From the NCBI GenBank assembly GCA_964036045.1, contig OZ038378.1, positions 1,178,001-1,242,000 of the forward strand: a stretch of 64,000 bases of DNA, given 5' to 3'. The position numbers and the translations under genes were made by a program. The notes under the pieces are model-generated. The model worked only from the letters and a program-made list of their open reading frames with translations, was not told the origin of the DNA and searched no databases. The stretch comes from Eutreptiella sp. 'Long Island Sound 2002' (lineage: Eukaryota; Protista; Euglenida). Below, piece by piece: positions 14,239 to 25,810 of the stretch (position 1 is the first letter of the stretch; the number at the start of each line of letters is the position of its first letter).

Positions 14239-15030
14239 TTGAGGTGTGCATGCCCACATGATGCCATGGTGTTGATGGCCATTGACGGTGATAGTCGCCG
14301 CGGCGGTCTTTTTGGTGCAATCTTGGGCCGCGGCATAAAGATTTATGGTGTTCACCTTAGTGCGGAAGCACTGCTATCCGTCGCCCATCATGTGGGCATT
14401 ACGATTGGTGACCATTTGCTAGCCCCCGATAACAAGCAAAAGTTCAAAACCATCAAAGACTTTTGGGCCACTTTGAAGACTGTTGCGGACGCAGTTGTGG
14501 CACATGCTACCCTACCTGAGAATTTGAAGTTGTTTTAGTGGGATTTGTACCTTCTTGGTACCCTAGTTGACATGTCCGTCCATGCCATCTTCGTTGTAGC
14601 ATTGGATGTCCGGGTGGCTCTTGGTCTAATACTCCAAGCTAGTATTGGGTTCATGGCAATTTTCATTGAGTCGTATGGACATGCGTTGAACAAACCGTAG
14701 TACACACACGTGCAACGTACCGAGCAAAGCTTCCTTGTCACTGGACATTGACATGGTGTATGACATTGGTCAAGGGGAGATACCATTTGGCCCAGCATGG
14801 CCATGTGGTTTTTGTGGGAACACTGATGGGTGTTGCCACCTTGTAATGAACAAGGTGACGGCCGCCAAAGCATAGTTTCGGCCAACCGTTGCATCTTGTG
14901 CCCATGGATGCTTCATGAAGCATGCATAATGTGGCATCATTGTATAAACCGGTTGTGCACAACGAGTCAACCAAGTGCCGCGTTTTGGGATGTGCCGACG
15001 GGGTGTACCGATTGCAATTTTGACTCATTG
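14239..15030 (+). pseudogene. Decayed homologue of the zinc-finger ORF at 46146-47009
   Basis: Collinear motifs across frames: WQFSL (vs WQLSL), HTCNVP (vs MPCPFP), PCGFCGNTDGCC (vs FCLWCGKTDGKC) and STKCRVLGC (vs PVRCKVLDC). Multiple stops and frameshifts. Confidence 0.45.
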
Positions 15031-15901
15031 CGGAGTTCTTTTACTTGTTTTCATGTCCTTCTGCCTTTTTACTCTATAGTGCTAGTTGGCGGACCCCGCA
15101 TGGTTCGGATGGTTCAACGGGTGCCCCATGTCCGTTGTGGACCCCACGACCCCCATCCTACCACCCGGCCGTTTCACTTTATACTATCACGCCATGGACA
15201 TGGCACAACCTTGGTGCCAATTAATGGCACCTGCCCCACAATGACCTGGTGAACTAACTTGGAGATCCAAGCCGGTCCACACAATGGGGATAATGCCGAC
15301 AAGAGGCTAGGGTGCGGTGCTGGCACAACACAATGCGTAGCCGAGAGTACTCGGGGGCCTTTGTGCCCTTAAACATAAATACTGCCCCCGTTGGCAATGC
15401 ATGTTGTTTGCTCAATCGTACCATTGTGCTGCGAAGCATGCTATGGGAAAGGGGCCACCAACGGCTACATGTCGCAAACGGGATGTTGGAGAGGCGAATA
15501 GCCGATTGGAGGCCAACCAGTGCCAAAGGCATGTTATGCAACGGGAACACCATGGTTATTTGTGTTAGGTGTAACATGGGAATACAATTTTTTTCTGTGG
15601 GACCAACCTTTTTTTTGCATCCCGCTCCCCCTAGTCATGAGCTGTGACCGGTCGCCTGTGACACAGGGGCATTCGGTAGCTGAGTATCCGCTGCTGCATG
15701 GGCCTAGGGGTGGTCCCCTCCGAAAAAATATATCCCACCCGGTATCGAAATTTTTTTTCTTCCGCCCCCCCTGCTCAGCCCCTGACCTGAAGTGCAGGTG
15801 TACCTCCAGGACTTAGGGGCCCCAACGTCCCTCCGCGTCCCACGCCTGAGGCATCAGCTGCGCACTGCTGTTGGTCTTTTACCCTCCCCCTTTTATCTCA
15901 G

Positions 15902-16201
15902 GAGGTGTTGTGCGCACATGAGACAGAGACGGCGACGGATATCTCCAACGCCCACGGGCCACCTCCTGCCTCGGGTCCCTGGCTTCCTTCGCAGGACCGG
16001 TATCGGGAGTCTCAGACCGGTGGGCCGCACCCGCCTCCACCGTCAACACCGCCGACACCGCGAACGCCGTCAACGCCTTCAACACCGTCAACGCCTGCGA
16101 CGCCAACAGGACCTCCCACGCCCCTGTTGCCCCATCCGCCACCACGTCCCGACAATGCAGGTCCTGCCCCCTCTGAAGCAGCCGCGGCCTTTGGGGTCTG
16201 A
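15902..16201 (+). CDS. Possible terminal exon encoding a Pro/Thr/Ser-rich peptide
   Basis: Pyrimidine-rich acceptor TTTATCTCAG ends at 15901; the open frame EVLCAH...PPPPSTPPTPRTPSTPSTPSTPATPT...AFGV* follows. No partner exon identified. Confidence 0.25.
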   Translation, partial: EVLCAHETETATDISNAHGPPPASGPWLPSQDRYRESQTGGPHPPPPSTPPTPRTPSTPSTPSTPATPTGPPTPLLPHPPPRPDNAGPAPSEAAAAFGV

Positions 16202-17026
16202 CTGTGAACAGCGTTGTACAAGTCACCGGAATACCCGGCTGCTCAACGCAACAGGGGCCAACAAGTGATTTTGCACGGAAACGGACATCGTGGGGTCTTA
16301 GTTTGATTGCACCCTTATCAGTTCTGCATGTCTTGTTTGTGTGTGGATCCTGCACTCCACCAACCTGCTCCCCCTCGCTTCCACCCCTCCCACAATCCCT
16401 GGGCAACACTTTGTAACGACAGGCAAAGAACACTGCGTGCGCACGGACGACTTGCATGGAGCACCCCAGAATGTCACTCCTCCCTGGACCATCTGGGCTC
16501 GTTCTCGGTGGATAATTCCGAATGGGTCATTCGCTATTCGGGTGGAGGTTGGGGTGAGTCGGTGGTGGAGGGTGTGGAGGGTGTGGAAGCTGGGGGGGGG
16601 GTGCGGTGATGGTTGCAGGGCGTGAGGACGCCAATGAGACTGCGTGTACGGTACCCCAGCATACATCCCCCAAAATGATCACCACAACACGCACATCATT
16701 GGAAGCCGTAGTACGGCGAAGGGTTCGGGGCGGGCCTTTGGCAGGTGAAAACTTTACTTGGGGGGGAGGGTTTTACTTTACTGAGATTTCATAAAGTAAA
16801 TCCCACATTGGTCGTCCCCCGGGTACACGTGGGTGTGAGTGGCACGCTGGAGCCCGTGACATTGACCAGATCTCGACCCCCAAATGCAGGGTCACACCAG
16901 AGACCCGGGACAGCGTTTGTGGGACACGCCCCCGTAGCGCGCACGCCATTCGGGGCGCCGTCCCAGTGGTGGGTACTCCACAGCTCCGCAGCCGGCGTTT
17001 GTCGTCACGCGACCGCATTTGTGCAG

Positions 17027-17332
17027 ATACGATCCGCCTTGTGGGAGGACCCAATGCATCGTCGGGTCGTGTGGAGGTGAGGTACGAGCGCGAATGGGGG
17101 ACGGTATGCGACGACTCGTGGGATGACGCCGATGCCGCGGTGGTGTGCCGGATGTTGGGGTATTCCGGGGGAGTGCGAATGCACTCCGGGTTTACGACGG
17201 GCGCCGGGAAAATCTGGTTGGACGACGTGGAGTGCGAGGGCACCGAATCCGATGTGGCGCAATGCAAGCACGGCGGCTGGGGCAAACACGATTGTCGTCA
17301 CAGCGAAGACGCAGCTGTGACTTGCAGTTCAG
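17027..17332 (+). CDS. SRCR domain exon 1 of a multi-SRCR gene
   Basis: RLVGG...GRVEV...WGTVCDDSW...AAVVCRMLG...[15 protein letters not shown]...[13 protein letters not shown] is a canonical SRCR pattern. Acceptor TTTGTGCAG, donor GTCAGA, 306 nt, phase 1-1. Confidence 0.92.
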
Positions 17333-18061
17333 GTCAGACTGTTGCTGTGGCTTTGGGGAAGACACGGGCAGAGCGAGGACGCAGGTCAGCCAAGGAAGCT
17401 CTTTCTGCATCGCAGTGCTCAGAGGGCCGCTTTGATGCGCAAAGAGTGAGGGAGGCCGCGACCCATTGGCGCGCCCCGCTCGTGCGTTTGGAGGTCTGCT
17501 TGGGTCTGAGTGCGACGTCCAACAACCGAATCGGCATTTCTTGACCCCCCCTTCCGCCTTCATCGCGCAGGATCTGCAGCCGTCCATGCCCCAGTGGAGC
17601 CCCCCCCCCCACGCCCCAAAATGCCTCCCCAGCCCACACCAAAGCCCCGTCCATGAGGACCATTTAGCAGCGCTAAGCACAGGCCGTTAACAGGCACATA
17701 AGTCACAGGGGCAGTTAAAAAGCGGTTGACCAGCGGTTGGCGACGAGCGGAGGGGCTTGGGGCTTGGGGCACTGTTCGGCTGTAGCCACTGATTCGAACG
17801 CGTGTTGACGAGCCGTGCCAGTCAATGCGAGTCAGATCCGATCCAAGCACCAGCCACGGTCCGCACGGAATTCAGAGGGTCGGACCCCCCACAACAGCTG
17901 TTACGTGCATGTTACTGCAGGTGCATGTCTGCGGGCCATTCATGTCACTTTTATAGGGCTGAACACGTGCTTGGCAAAGGAGCGTCATCGTTGTGTAGGC
18001 AGAGAGTTTGCTGCAGGGCGCAATACGTATTGCCATGGGTTCTGTCGTCCTTTTTGTGCAG

Positions 18062-18367
18062 ATACGATCCGACTTGTGGGAGGACCCAATGCATCGTCGG
18101 GTCGTGTGGAGGTGTGGTACGAGCGCGAATGGGGGACGGTATGCGACGACTCGTGGGATGACGCCGATGCCGCGGTGGTGTGCCGGATGTTGGGGTATTC
18201 CGGGGGAGTGCGAATGCACTCCGGGTCTACGGCGGGCGCCGGGAAAATCTGGTTGGACGACGTGGAGTGCGAGGGCACCGAATCCGATGTGGCGCAATGC
18301 AAGCACGGCGGCTGGGGCAATCACAACTGTGGTCACAGTGAGGACGCAGCTGTGATTTGCACCGCAG
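18062..18367 (+). CDS. SRCR domain exon 2
   Basis: Same SRCR motifs. Acceptor TTTTTGTGCAG, donor GTCAGA, 306 nt, phase 1-1. Confidence 0.92.
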
Positions 18368-18723
18368 GTCAGACCTCAGTGCGCGTTAGCAGGGGCATTG
18401 GTGGGATGGCAATAGGCATTCGACCAGGCCAAGCCACAGCTTGAGGATGCGGCCTTGCAACGCATTGCTAATGCTGTAGGGGGTTCTGTTGCTTGAACAC
18501 CGAAGTAGGCAGCGTCGGTTTAGGTCGTGAGCGTGGCCTGTTTTCAGGGTTGCTCGAGCCGTGGCGTACCGTTGGCGGCTGTTTTGTTGTGGTTGCATTT
18601 GCCAGTTGGGTGTGGCAGTGTTAGCGTCTCGACACGTCCTTGGCAACGGAGGGGCGTAGTTAAGTGGTTAGTATGCTGCAGGATACGTGATGCCATTGCT
18701 TTCCGGTGGTCGTATTTGTGCAG

Positions 18724-19029
18724 ATACGATCCGACTTGTGGGAGGACCCAATGCATCGTCGGGTCGTGTGGAGGTGTGGTACGAGCGCGAATGGGGGACG
18801 GTATGCGACGACTCGTGGGATGACGCCGATGCCGCGGTGGTGTGCCGGATGTTGGGGTATTCCGGGGGAGTGCGAATGCACTCCGGGTTTACGACGGGCG
18901 CCGGGAAAATCTGGTTGGACGACGTGGAGTGCGAGGGCACCGAATCCGATGTGGCGCAATGCAAGCACGGCGGCTGGGGCAAACACGATTGTCGTCACAG
19001 CGAAGACGCAGCTGTGACTTGCAGTTCAG
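18724..19029 (+). CDS. SRCR domain exon 3
   Basis: Same SRCR motifs. Acceptor ATTTGTGCAG, donor GTCAGA, 306 nt, phase 1-1. Confidence 0.92.
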
Positions 19030-19209
19030 GTCAGACTGTTGCTGTGGCTTTGGGGTATGGGCACGAATTAGGGCCGCCCCCCGGCGAGTGTAGGACTCAG
19101 ATACGATATGCACATGAAATGTCATGACCATCTGAAGTCGCTTGTCCACTTATGTGCGCACATACAAAAGCGGGTCCACGGGTCAGGCCATGGCAAAATC
19201 TTTTTGTAG

Positions 19210-19329
19210 AGGTCGAGCCGCGGCCAAGCCCCAGTCAAAGCCCCAGTCCAAGTCCCAGTCCAAGCCCGAGCCCCAGCCCCAGCCCCAGCCCCAGCCCCAG
19301 CCCCAGCCCCAGCCCCAGCCCAAGCTCAG
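19210..19329 (+). CDS. (Ser-Pro)n linker exon of the SRCR gene
   Basis: Acceptor TTTTTGTAG, 120 nt, phase 1-1; reads EVEPRPSPSQ(SP)n-SS; donor GTCTTC (weak). Confidence 0.75.
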
Positions 19330-20095
19330 GTCTTCTCCGAACACCCCCACATTTGCGACACATCTCCGAACCACCGTGACCTGAACTGCCACTACGTGGG
19401 GCTGCCTACTGAATGCCTCGTCCTCCCGCGGCACACGTCCGACGGTTCCCCAGGCTATGGCACAGGCAAGCCATTGCTCGGAGTCCCGGGCAGTGGTCTA
19501 CATCACTGCCTCCACTGTCCTTTGGTTTGGTAAGCGGGTGTCGCACACTGAGGGACAGTACACGAAGCGTGCAGCCAATCCGCACGTTGTCTCGGGGATC
19601 CGTGGGCCATCAAGGCCATGAAATGTTCTTTTGAGGGACTGGGCAGCCCCAAAAGACAATCGCCGCCCTTTCCTCATTCTCAAACCTGTGACCCGCCAAA
19701 ATGCAGGGGATCTCTCGGCGAAGGGGCAGTCTCACATTCCGGAGGGACGCGGGGTAGAGCCCGAAGCCACATACACAAACGGCCATACATTGAGCTGTCT
19801 GTCGGGGATGCAGTGCCGATGCTGCGGTGCTTGTGTTTCATAGTCGGCGGGTGCCTCGCTGCACGCCTGTATGCGGGCCTCCTTCCACATTCCTCTCCCC
19901 CCCGCCTGGAATGGGCTGCGCCCTTGAATAGTCCCCCAAAGGAGTGGGTACACCAAATGTCCATAGCGCTGCAGGTCCCGACGCAACGTTCAATCATTCC
20001 AGCGTAGTTCTGGTCTACGGCATAGCACACGCCTGTCGCTTGTGCTGTGGTGCACACGGATCTTGGGGTGTTTGTGTCTGCTTCTTGTGTCGCAG

Positions 20096-20407
20096 CCAAC
20101 ACACGCCTTGTGGGAGGGCCCGATGATCTGTCAGGTCGTGTGGAGGTGCGGCACAATGGCGTATGGGGCACAGTCTGTGACGATGGCTGGGACGACATGG
20201 ATGCCTCTGTGGTGTGCCAGTCACTGGGGTACTCGGGCGGGACAGCGCGTGAAGGAGGCGCGTTTGACAAAGGGCGTGGGCCGATCTGGCAGGCCTATGT
20301 GAACTGCGATGGCACGGAAACGGATTTGACCGAATGCCCACACGGCGGCTGGGGTGGGCATGACTGTGCGCACAAAGAAGATGCCGGAGTGGTTTGCAGT
20401 CCTGCAG
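20096..20407 (+). CDS. SRCR domain exon 4 (divergent)
   Basis: ANTRLVGGPDDLSGRVEVRHNGVWGTVCDDGW...VVCQSLG...IWQAYVNCDGTE..L.EC...WGGHDCAHKEDAGVVC. Acceptor GTCGCAG, donor GTGCTT, 312 nt, phase 1-1. Confidence 0.9.
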
Positions 20408-20460
20408 GTGCTTGTGCTGCCCCCCACCCTTCGTTGGTTGGGCCGTTGCTCTTTGGCAGA

Positions 20461-20642
20461 TTGCAAAGAGGTGGAGGTTGGCGATGCTATGTCATGATGC
20501 GGTTCTTGGCACATTTGCACCCAAGTTCCCTCCTTGTGCTACACTTCCACGGTTTTTAAGGGCTTACGTGAGTGTACCACACGTTCGGCGCGTTCTCTTC
20601 AAGTAGCCTCCCACCGACGTTCTGTCAATTGGCGGCCGCAAT
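20461..20642 (+). repeat. Interspersed ~185-bp repeat, copy 2 (just downstream of SRCR exon 4)
   Basis: Aligns with 11431-11616. Confidence 0.75.
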
Positions 20643-21316
20643 GTGGATTAGCACAGTGGGCTCCCGATGTGCATTTCTCCTGTTTTCTTTCGGACCCCAC
20701 TTGCAGCTGCCGTAGCATTCATAGCTTTTGGTGTCTTTCGGACTCGTTCCTGGGACATTTCGTTTTCGACGTTGTGGTGGGGCCGTTCTGCTCTTCCCCT
20801 CTGTGTCATCCCTGACACGTCTTTGATGCCTTGGTGAAAGACACACACAGTCTGCCGACTGTATAGAAGGGGGAAGATATATACATTCGAAGTTTATCAT
20901 ATGAGATGTTGCTAAGCCCTTCAAGGTCTTCGGTGTGCCCCATTTGTTTTGGCGACGGAAAGGTTTGTATTCATTTTCGTTTTGCTTGGGCGTCCGCGTG
21001 CCTCCGTTTCCAGGTTTGGCCGTTTCCCGTTGCGTATGTTTTACTTTTTTATCGGTATTTCCGCTGAGCAAACGCCGCCCTGTGCCCCTCGGTGGTTGTT
21101 GGCAATGTTGAAGGAGATGGGGCTCCAGCGCCAATGGCCTTCAGGCTGCTGTCCAAAATCAGTGTAGATTTAGGCCTGTGTTTGGGTTGTGGAGGCGTCC
21201 ATTTGCGTGCATTTTGCAATTTCGTTGGGGCTGGGGGGGGTCTCATCGTCTTTGTGCGCATTCCGTCGCTTCAGAAGGTACTATCGTGACCGCTCGAATC
21301 GATCGGCGGCAATAAT

Positions 21317-21350
21317 GACACAGCTGCTGTGATTTGCACCGCAGGTCATT
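21317..21350 (+). pseudogene. Orphan 3' end of an SRCR exon
   Basis: GCTGTGATTTGCACCGCAG|GTCA (AAVICTA plus donor) matches the end of SRCR exon 2; the upstream part of the domain is absent and the frame has a stop at 21287. Confidence 0.5.
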
Positions 21351-21769
21351 CTGCTGCCACGACTTTGGGGCATGGGCACTCGTTGCGGCCATTTCGTATT
21401 TCATATTGTGATACGTGGAGTCAATTGGGATGTAAGCGATATGACAAATTGATATTAGTCAATTTCAAAATTCAACGTGTTTATCCGTTTCTTTTGTTTA
21501 TTTGCCCATTCCCCCCCATTTTTTCTTCAATGTTTATTGACTGTTTACTTGTACCCGAAAATTAGGATTTTGTTGGCCTATTTGATTGATTATGTTGATG
21601 CTTCTGGGGCTCCCCATGCACGAAGCGTAGCCGGGTTGTTGACATCCGCCTTCAAAAGACTTAATGGCTTGTGTGGACGCTTTTTTTTGTGCCCCTCCTC
21701 TGTGGACCCCCACGATGGCTGGGCTCTGTATCCATTCAGGCCCTGTCAGGCGTACACGGCTTGAATGAC

Positions 21770-22530
21770 ACAAAGGTTTCGTTTTCGCCGTGATCGAAGT
21801 CGGGTGCATTTGGCTTGCTCAGACATGGGGGAGAAACTATTTTTGACTTGATAGGTCAAGGTGGGGTGTTCCCCGCGACATACCCAAATGGTGCCCAAAT
21901 GGCACTTAGGTGGCCCACTGGCCGGAACTGATTTTTTTAGCACAAGCGCGCACGGTACGGCCTGCAAAAGAGTTTCTGTTTTCCCCGTGAGCGAAGTTGC
22001 GTGGATTCGGCTTGCATAGAAATCGGGGGAAAGTAGATTTCAAATGATCAGTAAGGTGCGGTGTTCACTGCGATCTACCCAAGTAGTGCCAAAATGGCCC
22101 TTGGGTTGCCAACTGGCCCGAACTCATTTTTTTTGGCACGCATGCGCGCGATGCGTCCGGCAGAAAAGTTTTCTGCTTTTCCGGGGAGCAAAGTTGGGTT
22201 CATTTGGCTTGCTTAGAAATCGGGGAAAAAGTAGTTTTCAAATGATGGGTCAAGTTGGGGTGTGCCGTGCGACGTACCCAAATAGTGCCAAAATGGCCAC
22301 TTGGGTGGCCGAATGGCCGGAACTGATTTTTTCTGCCATTTGTGCAGGGCACGACGCACAAAAAAGTTTTGTGCTCGCGTAGAGCGAGGATGGGTGGATT
22401 CGCCTCGCTTAGAGAGGGGGTAAAAAGTACATTTCAAATGATTGGTCAAGGTGGGGTGTCAGCCGCGATATACCCAAATATTACCAACATGGCACTTGGG
22501 TGGCCATTCGGCTTGAACTGCTTTTTTCAA
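21770..22530. repeat. ~197-bp tandem repeat, four units
   Basis: Anchor GGCTTGC and variants at 21811, 22008, 22205 and 22401 (spacing 197, 197, 196), each followed by variants of TACCCAAAT-GTGCCAAAATGGC...GGCCGGAACTGATTTTT. Confidence 0.75.
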
Positions 22531-25500
22531 CATGTCGACGGCAAGGGTATGTAGCAAGTTGTGGTCTTGTCCACTTTTTGGGAACACCTAAGACGGAAAG
22601 TGTCAGAGAAGAATTTGTTCCGCATGTGAGCCCCCCAAAGGCACAGGTTTGTGGCCAATTTCGCTTCCTCCCTTCTTCAAGAGCCTTCTAGATGGGAGGG
22701 GTGATGTCGCCACGTTTCATTCTATTCCCGCTTCGGCGACCTCCAACATGGGTTATGTAGCCATTTGGCCCACATGTGAGCCCCCAAGGCGTCAGGGTTG
22801 TGTACCCACTTGTGGTTTGTCTCCCCTTTGCCCCCCCCCCCCCCTCAAAGACATCTTGTCGTAGCTAATAGCCCACATGTGCACCTCTAGAAACATTAGG
22901 GTTGCGTAGGCTCTTTTGATTCCGTCGATGCTTGCGGGACCCCCAAAACGGGAAGGGTTGGGTAGCCACGTTGTCCCCATCCGCCTTCCAAAGTCTGAAT
23001 GGATTTTGTTACCGCTTGTGTTGCGTCCCTAGTTTTGGGACTCTCAGATTGACAAGGGTTACGTAGCCATTTTATTCGGCCCTGTTTCAGGAGCCTTCAA
23101 GAAGGCAGAGGTTATACAACCACCTTTGGTTCCTTCCCCACATATTCCCCACATATTTCCATATGTGAGCCCCCCCCAGCGGCCGGCGTTATGTGGCCAT
23201 TTTTTGATGTGCTGTGCTTAAGGAGCCTTCAAGACGGCATGCATTGTTTAGCCAATTTTGATTACTTCCCCAATTTGGGCCCCCCAAGATAGCAGGGATT
23301 ATGTAGCCCACATCAGGGCGCATTTGGCCAACATGCACGCCCCCAAGACGGCAAGCCTTGGGTGGCCACTTTTGATTTCGTCCACATTTTGGGCATCCCC
23401 AACACGGCAGGGGTTATGCAACCAATTGCCCACATATGTGCCCCGAAAACGGTAGGGCTGCGTTGGCATATTGGATTTTGTCCTTGAATCGAGGGTCCCC
23501 AAGACACGAAGCGCTGGGTAGCCATGTTGTCCACACTTGCCTTCAAAAGATTGATTCGCTGTGTCGATGCTTTTTGTTTACGGATACTTTGTGGACCCGC
23601 AAAATGGGAGCTGCTATGTATCTCTTTAGCTCATAAGGGCCACATAGATGGCAAGGGTTAGCCTGCGTTACGTGGCCATCCATGGTTGCTCCATGCTTCA
23701 AGAGCCTCCAAGAGGGCAAGGGCTACAAAGCCATTTTCGATTCCGTTCCCATTTCGGGGACCCCCAAGACGGCAGGGGTTATGTAGCCAAATGTCCACAA
23801 GTGGGCCCCCAAAAGGACTAGGGTTGGGTAGGCTCTTTCGATTCCATCGCTGTTTCTAGGATCCCCAAGATAGGAAGGGTTTGGTAGACACGTTGCCCAC
23901 ATCCGCCGTCCAATGACTGAATGGCTTGTGTCGCTTGCGTTGTGTACCCAATTAGGTGACCCCCAAGACAACAAAGGTTACTTAGGCCATTTTTTTCAAG
24001 CTGTTGCAAAAGGCTACAAGAAGATTGGGGTTCTTTCGAACATTTGATTATGTCCCTAGTTTTGGCCCTCCCCAAGACGGCAGGGGTTTTGTAGCCATGG
24101 GTGACATGTGGGCCCTCAAGACGGCAAGGCTTGTGTAGCAACTTTTGATATTGTTCCCAATTGGGATGCCCAAGACGGCAGGTGTATTGACGCCATTTGT
24201 TCCACACTTGAGCAACAGGAGTTATGTGGCCATCTCGATTTCTACCGTTTTTCGAGAGCCTTCATGGAGGGAGGTATTACTGAGCCAATTGGATTCCTCC
24301 CCCACACCTGGGGACCGCAAAAAGGGCAGAGGTTATGTAGTCATTTTGCCCACATGTGGGCCCCCAAGATGGCACGGGTTATGTAGCCACCTTTGATTTT
24401 GTCTCCACTTTGGGAACCCCCAAGACAACAGGGGTTGTGCAGCCAATTGCCCACCTATAGGCACCAAAACGGTAGGGTTGTTGTGGCATCTTTCATTCCG
24501 TTGCCACCTTCGGGACCCAATACAAGAGGCGTTGGGTGGCCAGGTTGTCCACATCCACCTTCAAAAGACTGAATTGGTTGTGTTGACAGTTTTTTTTTTT
24601 GGGGGTTTCCACATTGGGGACCCCCAAGACGGCAACGGTTATGTATCCATTTATGTGGACGGCAAGGGTGATGTAGCAAATTTTGTCTTTTCCACAGTTC
24701 GGGGACCCGCAAGACACCGGATGTTATTGAACCTTTTTTTTTTTTTTCGCTTGGAGGTGTCATGCCGATCCGATTTGCAATCATGTTCCAACCTGTCAAC
24801 TAATGTGTTCCATGTTCAACAACATTGCTTTTCATGACATGAAAAGAGGGTGTTTGTTGCCACTCAGTTCTTGTATGATCTTCGGATGGTTAGTTCTTGA
24901 TTCCGGTTGAAGCGCATTGGCGGGGGCTAGTGGTGGGTCAAAGAATGCTTTAAAAGCCGCTGCTTAGGCCATAAGATGGCCCATTACCAAGTTTCGGAGT
25001 ACAAAGAGATCACTGAAGGGTTGCTTTTGCCTTGAAAGGCACGCCTTGTTTGGCACTATGAAAGGAATGGGCGCGGATTTATTCACCACCAAAAGGTCAA
25101 GTACCCCCTGTAATGGTAGAAGAACACACCCCTGGCGGCAAATGATAGCTGCCAGAAGCCATGTAATCATAAAATCAACCAATGTTTCTATGGTTTATGT
25201 CAAGCAGCATCACACAAAGGCCAACCTTAGAGCATGATCCATTCAAGGGTATTTCGGGGACAGTAGTTTTTCCCAACAAGTCAAAGTGGCGGGTCCCAAG
25301 TCCTCTTTTCTAGCTTCCGGGGTATCCTCAAGTGGTTGTATGAACTCGCACACACACATACACTAGTTGGAGCACTTTGTCATTTTGTGCCGCCTTGTGG
25401 TGGGACCGCCCCTCGAGCAATGGATGCTTCAAGCATTTAAACGACATATTGAAGGTCATGGATGGCTGTTTTCTGCTCATGTGCTAGCTCAAGCTTCCCA

Positions 25501-25810
25501 CGCTTTACCCGTCCATCGCCCTTCCTCTGATGGGCACAAATTGCTTCTCCGACGTGCTCTCGTGTCAACCGTTTTCCCTGTGAGCCGTTTTTCCCTCTTT
25601 ACGGGTGCAATTTACGGCTCATTTTCTTATACCTTTCCTTGCTCCCCATGCCGCCATGTGTCCTCTTCGTGCTCTTCAAGGTCACTCAAGTCTCCTTGTT
25701 CGTCAACCCAGTCCTCCTTGTCCACTTCATCCCCAAAAGGGCGGGCGTGATGTTGCCATGTTTGATTGCTCCGTTCTTCAACAACCTTTGAATTGGCAAA
25801 GGCCATGAAG

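Noticed and set aside
13922-15147. 11-bp inverted repeat GTGGGGTCCAC / GTGGACCCCAC as TIRs
   Set aside because: Short, no TSD found, and coding-like sequence extends beyond it.
16773-19149. Recurrent antisense and alternative-frame ORFs (MPQPPCLHC..., MTTIVFAP...)
   Set aside because: Shadows of the near-identical SRCR exons.
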